DNA of 64,000 nucleotides from Rotaria socialis (GCA_905331295.1 CAJNYD010000036.1:1-64000), one strand, 5' to 3'; positions 1 to 12,488 are shown, counted from the stretch's first letter. Notes: generated by a model from the sequence alone, not told the origin. Numbers and translations: made by a program.

Positions 1-63
1 GCACTACACAATCTTTACTACTACTACTACTGTTCTAGATAGAAAAGACAGAATGAATTTCAC

Positions 64-760
64 CTCAAAAGCATTGCCATGTGAGTAATTGCTAGTGACT
101 TCGCAACCATTGTCTGTGCTGGACCAGGAATTTCTTTTGTAGTAACTTAATTCGTCGCCTGAAGTAAAAATGAGTCTGGTGTAATAAATTTGAACAATGC
201 TTCCTAGAATTAAGAAATAAACTAGATCAATTTAACATTTAAAAGATAAAAGCTACACGCCTTGACAAGCAGCTGGTCCTGGACGATCTTTTCTTGGATC
301 ATCATAACCAGGAGTACTCATTGGAATAAACTAAAATATATTTATAATCAGTTATTCGTTTGAGTTAAGGAATGAATATGTGAAATAAATAAATATTTGA
401 CCAGAGGAAAATAAACAAGTTCTTATCAAGCACGCATACATGATCATAGAGTTCTTCTAAACAAAAACAAACGTAAGAGTAAAACATAGTTGATTGTATA
501 ATATACGAAATCGATCCTCTAATTTTTGTGTTTTTCTTTTTCCACCATGCAATTCATATAATTTGTTTCTAAGGATTCGAAACCGAATAGAAGTTCAATA
601 ATACCTGATTTTTATCTACATGTATAAAAATCATGATAGAATTGAATTTATTGGAGAGGACAAAGAAATCACCTGTTCAAATTTTCAATTTCTATTGGAG
701 CTTGTTTTACATAGTCATTATCTACAATCGATGTTCCTTCACCAGTAATAACATTCAAAT
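64..760 (-). CDS. Partial multi-exon gene of unknown function, running off the left edge of the window
   Basis: Short open segments bounded by splice-like sites and ~55-nt spacers, e.g. 260-330 'FIPMSTPGYDDPRKDRPGPAACQ' and 64-203 'SIVQIYYTRLIFTSGDELSYYKRNSWSSTDNGCEVTSNYSHGNAFE'. No family recognised. Confidence 0.4.
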
Positions 761-1659
761 AAAAATCAACAGTAGACAGTGGTAGTCGAGATACTTTATT
801 TTTATATGTACTAATTCACATTTGAGGGTGTGGGTGTGAGCAGATTCAAAGAAAAATTTCGAGAACAAAAGTACCGCACCGTCATGAAATTAAAATCCTA
901 TCGATTTTTTTCTATATCAATTGATAGCAAAAGATGAATTCTTTGTCTGTTAAATGAATAAGTGATTTCGTCACTACGAAAGTAAGATGAATCTTATATA
1001 CTCAAGCATCATCACTTGTAATGAATTTACTTCATTTAGTGGTTAAAATATTACCCAAAGAAATAATATCTAAAGCTGATGAAGATAGAATCGATTAACT
1101 GTAAATTTCTAGATTAAAACAAACTGATGAAAAAGTCTCATCTATTAGCCTTTATATTGGAATCGAAAAGTAAGAAAAGTTTTCACTACCATCAATAAAT
1201 CATTACAACACATCATTGTATCAACTGAGTTAAGTTCCTAGATTTCATGAAGATTGAAAGAAAGGCAGTCTCTACCTGTTGACTCAGAGGAGTAGCAGTG
1301 TATATTTACCGATTAAAGTGGAGTCTCTGTTATTGGTTGATTATGACAGAAAGTTTAAAAATAGTTAATAGATATTTCTTTATTGATATTGTTTGGTTAT
1401 AGGAAATCCTTCATCATAATTCTATATAAAATATATCTAATGTTTCGATGATTTTAAAAGATTTGTTTATTATCGGAGTAATAAAATAAATTTAATGAGG
1501 TCCAAAAAGAAAAACGAAATCCAAAACTTTTTTTGGATATATTCTCATCCAAGTTACTTACTTCAATAATAAGCAAGAAAAGCAAGAAAATAAAATGCTT
1601 TCATACAGAAAAAAAAGTATAGAGATACTCCCACGCTCGTCGCCGAATGTACTGAAGAT

Positions 1660-2020
1660 TTCAGCTTAGAAAAATACTTTCAGGAATGTAAAACGGATCC
1701 TACAAAGTCTTTATGTATTGTGTGTAACATACAATTTTCCATTCAAAACAGTGGAGTTGGTAATATTAATAGTCATAAAAAAATCGAAAAAATATCTAGA
1801 GTATTTGAAATCAGCTGAATCTAATCGATGTAAGATTTATCCCTACTAATTTTACTAATAGAAGTACTTTTGAATTTTTTCCAGCAAAATCTATTTCTGA
1901 AACATTTCATATGGCCACATCGGAACTTAATAAATTGAGTGTTGCAGAAGGCACTATGGTTTTCCATGCTGTTAAGCACTCTCACAGCTATATTTCATCA
2001 GCATTGCATTTAGAATTTTA
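1660..2020 (+). mobile_element. Decayed hAT-superfamily transposase, N-terminal fragment with BED-type zinc finger
   Basis: Manual translation KYFQECKTDPTKSLCIVCNIQFSIQNSGVGNINSHKK, then a frameshift to SKKYLEYLKSAESNR, an intron at 1830-1884, then KSISETFHMATSELNKLSVAEGTMVFHAVKHSHSY and a stop. CxxC...H finger plus the 'AEG..FH.VKH.HSY' block are typical of hAT transposases. Catalytic region absent. Confidence 0.7.
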
Positions 2021-3063
2021 ATTCGCCTACAAGAAAATTTTTGAGCATTAGTCTCATTAGGAACACGGTCAATGTGTCTATTAGTAAAAAGTGCGTTGTT
2101 ATCAGATAAAAAACCATCAAATGACTGTTAAATATCAACAGAAAATACTCCTGATTTTTCTCCTGATTTTCAAAATTTGAATGTGGTAACCCTGTTCTTT
2201 TCATAAAGAAACGCAATGAATTTTAATAGTTTTAGGAGTTTTTGAAAAGTCTCTTTAAAATGTATATCAATGTTGCTGTGAAACTCAGCCAAGAAGCAAT
2301 AAGTGTTTTTGTTTAACTTTATCCAGGCAATGCCAAGACATTAAATAGATAGTTTTAGCCAACAGAAAATCCTTTGATAAAAATTACTTATAGTTTTAAT
2401 TTTGTAGAGGAAAACTTTTAATAATATATTAAATTTGCCTAACTAAAGTAAAGGCGGAAAATGATATCGCATTTGCAGAATGGTTTTTAGAAAATTGTTA
2501 CTCATAGAAAAGTTAAATAGAAGCTCACAGTAAACTTAGAAATTAAGAAATTCTACGTTAAAGTAATATAGAATGGCATATTTTACATAGATTTAAATAG
2601 TTTAATTCCAATAAACTCCACTATATCAATTGAAAAAAAGTCCGTTTTTCAATGTATTCATTCAAGTATTCTGCACTTGATGTAAGGAAAGCTGAAAATG
2701 TAAGTTAGAAAGTTTTTTTTAGTCTTCTCTGTAGAAGTACGACATTTTTATTATCAGAACTACTTCAAGTGAAAAGGATTTAATTTTTTATAACTAGACA
2801 ATTCCGTAAAATTCAATATAGAAATCGATATTTTCAAATTTTTAATAAATTTACTAAACAGTTGGTAATCCATTGCCATCTTAACCAGCTCAATAATTTT
2901 TTTTTAAAATCTTTTACTCTATGGATTTTAATATTCAAAAAGTAAGAAACAATCTTCAACTATACTCGACTTTAAAATATCAACTGATAGCGTATAATGA
3001 CAAGAAATTTATATTTTTGAAACTCTGCTATGTTTTATTCACTCGCTGTCTAATTAAATAATT

Positions 3064-3470
3064 TTAAAAATGAATTATATACTGCTGTCTCATTTGTCGA
3101 AGGTTTTCAATCAATTATTCAATTCCCTTGATGACACGTCCACTTTCAAATGTTACTATTTTACTGTCATTTATCCAATCCACTTGAATCCATTCTGCTA
3201 CACCGATCAGCACAGTCAGGACATCCGACCGTATCACTTAGTGTCTGCAATATTTTCAAATTAATACTAGCGACAATATCCTCCCATGCATTTTGAATAG
3301 GATGCTAGGATTTTTGCTCAAAGTTGGGTTCTTTCAAAGCCATGATCTGTAATGGATCGAATGACATATTAATTGACTGCTTACAGTAACCAGCACACAT
3401 TCCAAACAAAAGCCCACTAGAAATTGATCGAACAATTTGGTATTAAAAAAATCAGCTGTGTCACAAGCAT
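3064..3470 (-). pseudogene. Pseudogene of a small bacterial-type Cys-motif protein (FGMCxGYC ... GCPDCADGxAEWI ... VTFE)
   Basis: Manual translation RSISSGLLFGMCAGYCKQSINMSFDPLQIMALKEPNFEQKS*HPIQNAWEDIVASINLKILQTLSDTVGCPDCAD/(fs)GVAEWIQVDWINDSKIVTFESGRVIKGIE*LIENLRQMRQQYIIHF*. Two internal stops, frameshifts, no introns. Missed by the ORF track. Confidence 0.7.
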
Positions 3471-3931
3471 TCCATTTTCTTTAGGCTTTATTCTTTCATT
3501 TGTAATCGATTCAATTTTTGTAATGTGAGATCTATGAATCGATTTCTCTATCGTTCAAGAATCCAGAGGTATATTGTCATCTCTGTTCTCAAATTTCAAA
3601 TTATATCACAGATTTTTATCGTCTATGACCCAATGGCTTGTATGATTTAAAATATGTTAAACCCTAGGAAGGAAAGCTGCACAAAAATCTCGTAGAATAA
3701 TAAATATGAAAGCTAAAAGGTTTCAACGTATTGATCATACCAAAAGGTCTCAAAAAGAAATAGAATGCAAGAAGAAGGTTCTCTCATCAATCATCGAACA
3801 TAGATATACAGCTTACTCACATTTTACGATATTACTGGCAGACAATTTAAGAATTTGATAGATTCTTTATTTCTAAGGACGATTGTAAATATTTCAAAAA
3901 TTAAAGTCTTGTATGTCGGGATAAAATAAAT

Positions 3932-4372
3932 TCACTGACATGCAATTGTTTCACTTTTGAAAGTCGTCAGTACATAAGCAACGATGCCTTCTGATTTAAA
4001 ACCATGGGAACCGATCGATCCAGGCTTGGCAACACCAATTTCACATGGATCTACTGTATAAAAGTGCTGACCTGACTTCCAGTAACGATAAAGAGGACAT
4101 GCATCAGGCTGTTTTGTTCCATAAACATATCCAAGTATTCCCTCCAATTTCAGCCCAATTGGTTGTGTAGAAATGAGAGTATGAACCTGCACCATATCGA
4201 TATAAGGGTATTGTGTTAGGCTGTTGTTCCTTCAGTAAATTACACGCGATACCTTCAAAAATATATCCAAGTTTCCCAACAGAACCGGGAGTGATCGTTC
4301 CAATTTCAGTCTCACTTGTCGTATAAAAATGAACATCACCGGTCGCATATCTATATAGTGGTATCTGGTTTC
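3932..4372 (-). pseudogene. Terminal exon encoding three ~50-aa 'PLYRY..HFYT..EIG..PG..G..G...EG' repeats (DUF5648-like), frameshifted in repeat 2
   Basis: ORFs 4104..4385 and 3932..4195 together give 3 repeats. Repeat 2 lacks the 14 residues between EIG and EG (~44 nt deletion at ~4143-4146) and shifts frame. Acceptor ttgcag|GA at 4373/4372. Confidence 0.75.
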
Positions 4373-4412
4373 CTGCAAGGACCAATTACTTATGATTATA
4401 TCTGAAGATGTT

Positions 4413-4930
4413 ATAGCGGTTCCGTTATGTTATGAGATAAAATGTATATTTCACATGATTCTTTGAATTATGATACGATCAAATACTAGTTCAGTCTGTC
4501 TCGTTCCCACAGAAAAATCACGTGCCGATCCATAGTGGTTTTCAACGACAATCACACACGTATTGGTGAAAATCTAACAAGCTCACGAACAGGCTTATCA
4601 ACAAAGAATGATCTATTTGGTGTGATTATGTTGACAAAAACGATGCGTATGGTATACGATCAAAATTAAAAGATTTATTCGAGAGCCCGGAATTTCAACC
4701 CAATGCAAAATGAAAATGAGAACGAGAATGGGTCAATTTTATGATAAAAAATTCATTTTTTGGGTCTAAAATTCCTTGGGCCAAAATTCATGTAACCCAA
4801 AGATCTGAAGAAAAAAAAAGTTGACGAGTGTCAATTTGATCGACGACCGTAGTCCCGAGGGACTAAATGTGATGCTTCTGTCTCATAACATTGAGTTGTG
4901 TTTGGCTATCGATCGCGGCTCGTCTTTTTT
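4413..4930. mobile_element. ~520-nt unrelated insert between the two copies of the repeat exon; possible non-autonomous DNA transposon remnant
   Basis: Abrupt loss of identity at 4412/5140 and at 4930. Short reiterated motifs at 4730-4798 (gggtcaatttt / gggtctaaaattc / gggccaaaattc) resemble subterminal repeats. No TSD found. Confidence 0.35.
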
Positions 4931-5140
4931 CTTCAGTAATTACACNNNNNNNNNNNNNNNNNNNNNNNNNNNNNNNNNNNNNNNNNNNNNNNNNNNNNNN
5001 NNNNNNNNNNNNNNNNNNNNNNNNNNNNNNNNNNNNNNNNNNNNNGTCGTATAAAAATGAACATCACCGGTCGCATATCTATATAGTGGTATCTGGTTTC
5101 CTGCAAGGACCAATTACTTATGATTATATCTGAAGATGTT
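4931..5140 (-). repeat. Direct duplicate of 4230-4412 (acceptor plus first repeat of the DUF5648-like exon), spanning the N gap
   Basis: 5046-5140 is identical to 4318-4412 (95 nt). 4931-4945 matches 4230-4245 with one base missing. The 100-N gap stands where 4246-4317 would be. Confidence 0.9.
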
Positions 5141-5612
5141 TATGACAGTTAGGATATAAAGATATGAAGCGTTGCTTTTTCATTGGCTTTAATAGATACT
5201 TTCTTTTTTTTTGAAAGTTTGATAATTTTAGTATAGGTCTCTCAAAAGAGCATTTAATAGAATCAATACAGGATTAAAATATGAAACACAATACAACGGT
5301 TATATTCATTCGAAATCACATTGTTCATGTGCAACTTATTTTTAAAAGTATCATAAACACTAGTATGTCTAGATCTTTATTCGATGAACTGCCATAAGTC
5401 ACGGCGTACAAGTTACTTGGTCTAAGAGACAAGTCTAAACATTACTATCTCTGTGTCTCTTAACACCTATTCTTACATCTAGTGTAGCAAAACAACACGT
5501 GAATATTTCAAGGCAATCGATCTTTCAAAATAGTAGGACCTACACGAACCGTAAAATACTTGAGCTCTTCCCACATAGACTAACTGAATATGCACTACGA
5601 AACAAACCTTAC

Positions 5613-6840
5613 CGCTTCCCACAGCAATAGAACAATCAATTCCACTCCATGCTCGGTCGCAGAGGCATTGGCCGAACCCAAAGTATTTAGTTGCTACACA
5701 TAATCCATGCTGTGAGCAATTGTTATAACAAAACAATTGATTTGTCAAATATATCTCTAGTACACGTCGGATCAAGTCTCTCTTTGATGTTATTTTAACA
5801 TCCTGTGGAAAACGTCTAGCAGTAAGAAGATCAATTATTGGTGCAATACCAAACTTAATAATTGTTGGATTCGACGAAACAGTTTTTGACCATTCCTCGA
5901 TTGACTGCATACTGACTCCACCACCAAGAGTTATGATACTATTTTGTTGTGAAAACTTCTTAAATGTGTTCAGCCTTGTCTGATCAATTTGTTCAGTCAT
6001 CGACAATTTAGTAGAGGCAGAAAAAATACTAGCAGCAGCTATCTTCAGTTCAGCCTGGTGTGCAGTGGTAAACCCGTTCATTCGAAGATTCTTTTGATTC
6101 TCTTCGGAGACAATAATGTTCTGCTGTGCAATACCGCCGAGAAGTAAGTCCTTGACATACATAATGCCAAAAAACTCGATGATAAATTCCTGAATATATT
6201 GATCGAGTTCATGTGACTGATTACAACACGGCATGTTATCAATTACATAACGAAATTGATCCGACAGCTCGAGTAAAGGCGTAAAAGCAGAGAGACGTAC
6301 CCAAGTGATGGTTGCTCGAGTGAAATAAACGGTCGAATTCGACTGAATTATTGTATCGATCATTGAACGCGTTTCATGCGAGTGTGAATAACTGAATGAA
6401 TTACCAAAACCTTCCATACTCAATGAGAAATCAATATTTCTCTTCGTATTCTCCATCAGTTGATCTAGTGTAGTAATACTCTCTGTATTTGCTGTTATTT
6501 GTGTCGACGATAGGCAATCAAGATTAACGTTCTTGGGAATGAATTTATTGGTACAAGACCCTTCCGCTCGTTTGGTCATGTCAAGTTTGAAAACGGGCTG
6601 TCTAAATCCTTCCATTTGACATTGCCCCGTGTAACAAACTGGTGAACCCTTAACTAAATCATATCCAACGCCAATTTTGCCACTATTTGGTAACCACTGT
6701 GTGTCATCGCTGTCTACTAGTCTTGGTGAAAGGAGAAGGTATCGTTTCACTTTTAACATTGCTGCGTCAATCTCGTTGCGCGATTGAGCATCAAGTTGAT
6801 ATGATGCTAGAACAACGATGAGCATTGAAAATAGTAGCAT
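5613..6840 (-). CDS. Secreted MACPF (perforin-like) + EGF protein, exon 1; predicted to splice to the DUF5648-like exon
   Basis: Signal peptide MLLFSMLIVVLASYQLDA; 'IGVGYDLVKGSP' N-terminal motif; MACPF signature-like FFGIMYVKDLLLGG; 'EWSKTVSSNPTII'; EGF CYNNCSQHGLC...CLCDRAWSGIDC. Strong donor AGCG|gtaagg at 5613/5612. Confidence 0.85.
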
Positions 6841-9156
6841 TTTCGGTTAGCAAGATGAAATTGTGTCGGATGTTACTTCCGTTGACAGTTAGCATTTAAT
6901 GATTCCTTGTTTCATGCTTCAATAATAATTTTTACATAATGCCCACGTTCTCTTCTACCAAAATAATTAATATAATCAATTTTCCAATGGGCCACGTTAC
7001 ATGATTCACTGCTTATAAGAGAGTAAATGGAAGCAAGAGTTACCTAGAATTTTAGTCATTTGTCTCTTATATTAATCTAGCATAATGTATGCAGATGCCT
7101 TCCGACAACATCGTTGAATATTTGATTACTGATGCATTTTAGGGCTTATTTTGTTTTTCTTTGCCGCACTATATACTCCTGGATGCAAGTAGCGAACTGT
7201 TTTCTTGCCTACTTTATTGCTACTTCATCAAATAAAATCAACAATGATAAGCATAACCAAATTTTATTTAATTGGATAGATTAATCAGTTTCTATTGTAT
7301 TTAATCCGTACTGTTCTTAATTACATGGATGTCGATGGATATATTTTTTTCTCTTTTGACAAACTTCACTGTCTTAATGACTATTATTCATCATCAAATT
7401 GTTTTCACTTTTCACATTTCAATATCGCTTATCGGATCAAATTTTAAATAGAGCTAGACTACTTGCATTAATGATACAGGTACAAGACTATATTATCAGT
7501 AGCTTATAAATATACATATATTTATAATCATCATTACAAGCACAATCATACAACGCACTTATAATACATGATCGTATCAATGCTAACACAAAAAGATGAC
7601 CCTACTTCACATCCCGACTAGAATAAAAAAGTGTTTGTCGATTTCTGCTGTTTTTCAAAGATATTCACTTATAACACTTTCAATAGTTCTAAGAGTGGCT
7701 TAGAAAGCTGAGCTGCAGATAATTTTAGAAGCATAAATATTTTTCAATCAGAAACGACTGCAGTACATTTTTAGTGGATGCTTATCTTTTGTTAATCAAG
7801 AACGAATCACTACATTTTTGTTCGTCGTTCAGTGTAAAGACTAGAATTTGTTTCAACTAGTAGGTTATTATTCATAGAAGGGCGCTGTGTGAGAATTTCA
7901 TATAAACAAGGTTTTGAGAAATAATTGATATATGTTACGCTTTCCAGCCTTTGCTCTGTACTTTCCTAGTTCATCATTTCGGATTGACGAAGTACTTGAA
8001 AATAGTAACCTAATCATGATAGGAAACGCATCTATTGAAAAAGGAAAAAGTTGCCCTTCAAAATGTAACGATTTTGTCAAAATTTTAAATTTGATGTCGT
8101 TTTTTACAGTTTGTGAAGCAATAACCACAATTTAGATACTTTCTTCTAACTTTCTTGTTATATGTTAAGATTATTTTTAAGTTCAAACCAGAGCATTTTT
8201 TAATTAGTGAATTAAAAACTAATACAAATTGGTAATCAATTATATATATGAATGCTTCCTACTAAAATGTTGTCTGTAAACGTATATACTGTCTTCTAGG
8301 TAAACTAACTCATCAGACATTTTACTTATTTTATTCAAAAATATTGCGACGTTTTCGATCTTGTTCAAAAAGTCATTATCAACACCAATTTTACATGAAA
8401 GTGAATTCCACATATACATAATTACAATCGACATAATCATTTGTAATATAAACAATATTTTCAAATAAAAAAATGTATCCTGGTTGACGAAACACACTGA
8501 GATAAAAATAATGGATGATCTAGGAATATCTCCGGCATTCCTATTTCAAAAATTTCTTCTCTTTTATGAATTTGATTAGACCTTACAGTCTTTTTTGTCG
8601 AAAAATTGAACATTCACTGTAGTTTTATGTAAATCATAGATCCATTGTTCAACAATGTCGTATAAGTATCAATTCTTAATATTCCATAACTATTATTGAA
8701 AATGTTCTATTTACATTTTCGAACTAAATAAGTGTTTATACACAATGATCAACATGAAATTGAGTAATAATCATTTCACCTATTGAATTTTATTAAGTTG
8801 ATATTAGTTCATAAAAAAAAATGAAATCAAACCACTTTTGGATAAAGAAACCTATCCATGTTTAACTTCGCTTTATTTCATGTACGAGATTATTCTCGTT
8901 CTGTTTAAAATTAATGGTTTCATGAACGAATAATGTTATAGGCGCCGAGATAAACCAATAAATAGTATACTTTTGATACAATACAAATATCTCACATGAT
9001 TTAGAATAAGATAGTGATGTTAGTTACTTGATTCATTAAAAGTCAGAATTGATTCTTTGTTTTTCATCGATTATCAAGAGAATGAAATCAAGATTATGCT
9101 TTAATCATTTATTTATTTACATTAAATTAAAAACTGTACAAAAAAAAGAAAAATTA

Positions 9157-9552
9157 TTATTGTCGTTCTCTTGTACGTTTATTGCTGAACCAGACACGAA
9201 TTTGGGCCGGTTTTAATTGAGTTCGAGTTGAAAGTTCATCAATTGTTACTTTTGATAGATATTTATCAACCTTATAAAAATGTTCTTCAAGAATTCGAAT
9301 TTGTTCAGAAGAAAATCGACGAGTCTTCTCTGGGCGAACCTGTAAAGAAGAAAAATTTACATTTGAATAATTACTTACTACTGGTTGAACATTGATATTT
9401 CCATTATTAGTATAATATGCATATGGTTGATGAATAGCACATGTATTAACTGGAGGAGCATAATGAACAGGACAATAGCATGGATCTGAAACATAAGAAA
9501 ATGATTCATCGCTTGATGAATAACAATATGAAAAATCTTGATAATAAGACAT
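9157..9552 (-). CDS. Intronless divergent homeobox protein (131 aa)
   Basis: C-terminal homeodomain PEKTRRFSSEQIRILEEHFYKVDKYLSKVTIDELSTRTQLKPAQIRVWFSNKRTRERQ; first ATG at 9552; Tyr/Ser-rich N-terminus; TATA-like and (GA)n sequence upstream. Confidence 0.85.
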   Translation of the reverse strand: MSYYQDFSYCYSSSDESFSYVSDPCYCPVHYAPPVNTCAIHQPYAYYTNNGNINVQPVVSNYSNVNFSSLQVRPEKTRRFSSEQIRILEEHFYKVDKYLSKVTIDELSTRTQLKPAQIRVWFSNKRTRERQ

Positions 9553-10613
9553 TGTAGACAGATATTCAAATTTTTGAAATGAATTGAATGTGAAATGCAA
9601 GCCAATATATATATTGAAAGAGAGAGAGAGAGAGATGCGCTGATACAAGACAATTAATCAGACTTGAAAACAATTAACGAGCGAGCTTATCTTTGATTAA
9701 TTGGTATAGAACAAAAATGAAACATGAAAAGCTTTTCCTGCACGTTTGTTTTTTCTCTGTTCTATCATAGAAATGTTCCTGTTGTGTTCGTTTTTTCGTA
9801 TACATTTATAATTGTCGCAATCAAAGAAGAGTCTGAAATTTTCTCTTCACATCAGACCGAAGTCGATATTTGAAAGTGTCAATATATCGTTACAGACTAA
9901 ACAAAGGCATCAATTTATGTCAAAGGATAATCATTCAAGAAATACCATAGGAATTTATTTTACTATGTCATTCTTCGCAGTCTCTCTTAGTTACGAATGC
10001 ATAGAACATTTTGTGTGCTATTCTTTCATGAAATAGTTAGATGAAAGTCGACATCTTTTACACAATTTATTTTTTTATTGACTACAATCGTTCTTTTTCA
10101 TACAAAATACAGTTTCATGTAGTATTTTACAAGAACTCGGGATACAGACTTAGGTAAATTATGAATAGAGAAGAAATCTCGAAAGAATTCGTGGTATAAA
10201 GCTCATTAGTTAATAGTCTCACTCCTCATCACACTATCATAAAAAAAAAATCTTTTAAAACTATAGATTCCTAGTATGAGGAGAATCACGAGAGTATGAG
10301 ATCCAGCTTTCCACCTTGACCAATCCTTTTTGAATTATAATTGAAGAGAATCAAAAGTTTCAAATCTTTTCCCCTTTCATAAAGGATCATATCTACATTT
10401 ACGAAAAATCGTGTTTACATCCACTGGAAAGATTGAATTATTTAATAGATGGTGTGAAAGTAATACCTGACATCTGTCGATTGATGATCAACGACTGGTT
10501 TTAATCAAAATGATTGACGCGAAGAAGAACGATGCGTCTTTGTTCTGAATCCAAGCTTACAAACGAATTTTTTCATCATCATTGACTTCAACAAGCGACT
10601 ATCATCATTCTCA

Positions 10614-12488
10614 ATGTTTTCGTTTGTCAATCAAACAGTCTTTGACATACCCTTAACGTGGAATCGAACTAGTTTCGAAGCTACACGTGTTAAATGTAGA
10701 AAAGCTCGAAAATTAATTGAAATTAGTGTCAATGGTAATATGAAAATAAGAAAACGAAATTTTTCATGATCTCTTACTTCTCTTCTAGTACAATATGAAA
10801 AACAATTAAAATATATTTGTCAGCAAAATCTTGATGTTGAAAAAACTATCACTGAAACGAATGAATATTTGCTGAAACATGAGAAAAAAGTTCATGTAAT
10901 TGACAATTTAACCGACATGGCTTCAGAATCATTACCAGTGTTTTTTGATAAAGTAAATAGAATTTTTTCCATGAAAATTTTCAACTTTAAAGTTTTACTT
11001 GCAGCGTATGGAAAAAATTCGCAGCACTATACATGAACATTGTAGTATTATTCGAAAAGTGCTCGAAGAAGAAAATGATTATTGGAAAGAAATTCATTTT
11101 GCTATTGATCAGTATGTTTTACCGCGTGATTTGGCTCAAAATCAAGCAAAATATTTTTTATTATTTCATTTTAATAGAAACTTGATTACTTCCAATGATA
11201 TCCATCCATGTATACAAAATATGCAAATGATAAACGAAGAAAATTGTTCGAAATTACTGGTAAACACAATTTTTGATTCAATCAAATAATATGTGATCCT
11301 TCTAGAATGATGAACCACAAATATTAATGAACGTTGATCATCCTATATCAACTAAACAAGAACGTATGAGTACTGATTTAAATCCAATTAACTCAAATCG
11401 AGTTCTTCCCAGTATCAATCAAACATATGTTATTACACTTGAAGAAACAGCAAACGATGAAACGAACGAAACATTGTCCATGGCAACTTCTTCGCATGCC
11501 CATTTGATAGACATCAATACGTCACCTATGTATTCTCAACCCAATCCACCAGTGCCACTTTATTTTTCTCCAACGATTCTTCAAGATGAACAAACTGAAT
11601 CCATAAAAAGTGTTCTTTCACCACTAGATCAAAACAGTAAAAAAACAATAATTTTTTCTCATTTTTCTTATCAAAAGTTACAGTGTTCGATTTAGTCAAG
11701 CCAAAAGTAATAATTAATCGTGTTAGTCAAGAAGTTTTACTTAGTTATTTAAAAATGAAGCACACGAATGATATTGAAAATAATCATGTCCAATATCAGC
11801 CGAAACAGACTCAATCAATTCACGAAGAATCAAATATTCAACAACAGTAAACTTCTTCGCTTTTGCCTTCTCAATTGAATATAAATATGTTTTTTTTCTA
11901 GAAATTCCTTTGCTTTTCCAGAACCAATATCAAAAATTCGATCAAGACCTACAATAAAAAATGAACCAGAATCGATTCATACATCAGAAAATACGAAACC
12001 AAATCGAAAACGAAAACAATCAGTATCAGATGATAATGATAGAACATCGAGTACTATCACTTTACGTAAAAGAAAACCAATTTCTTACGTTAACATTCAT
12101 GAGGAAACACCAAAACAAAAAGTAGCGAAAAAACAAAAAACTAATAAAAGCAAAAGTATATCTAACTTCTATCACGAGTTACATTTGAATATAGGTTTAT
12201 GCTTCTTTAGAAAAAAAAGAAGAAATACCAATACGAGAACCATCACCTTTACCAACCATCAATCGATCGATGCACTATAGTACTCGTTTTTCAACGCGTA
12301 CGTTATTAAATGAATAAATAAATCTAATTGTTTTTCTGTTCTGTAACATAGGTTCTCATCGACTAAATAATTTTACATTGCTTGCGAATGATGTAGAAAG
12401 TGAAGATGACAATGATAAAACGGAATTTTATGCTCAACATCAAAAAAGAATCACTAAACAAAATGCTACCAAATCTAAAAAAAGATAA
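10614..12488 (+). CDS. Multi-exon uncharacterised protein: N-terminal coiled-coil, low-complexity middle, basic C-terminus (likely nuclear)
   Basis: MFSFVNQTVFDIPLTWNRTSFEATRVKCRKARKLIEISVN then a series of exons separated by ~50-60-nt GT-AG introns; NLS-like 'RKRKQ' and 'LRKRKPISY'; ends TKSKKR* at 12488. Confidence 0.7.

Noticed and set aside
5479..5612. C-terminal 'KVCFVVHIQ...' tail of the 453-aa MACPF ORF
   Set aside because: Starts at a consensus gtaagg donor; most likely intron read-through.
7150..8800. Short ORFs (7898-8128, 7932-8135, 8240-8497) as genes
   Set aside because: Non-ATG starts, many stops and no recognisable motif; at most a heavily decayed relic.
12040..12140. LRKRKPISY as a shugoshin SGO motif
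   Set aside because: Lacks the following EP.L..KLRR; the motif is common in basic nuclear proteins.
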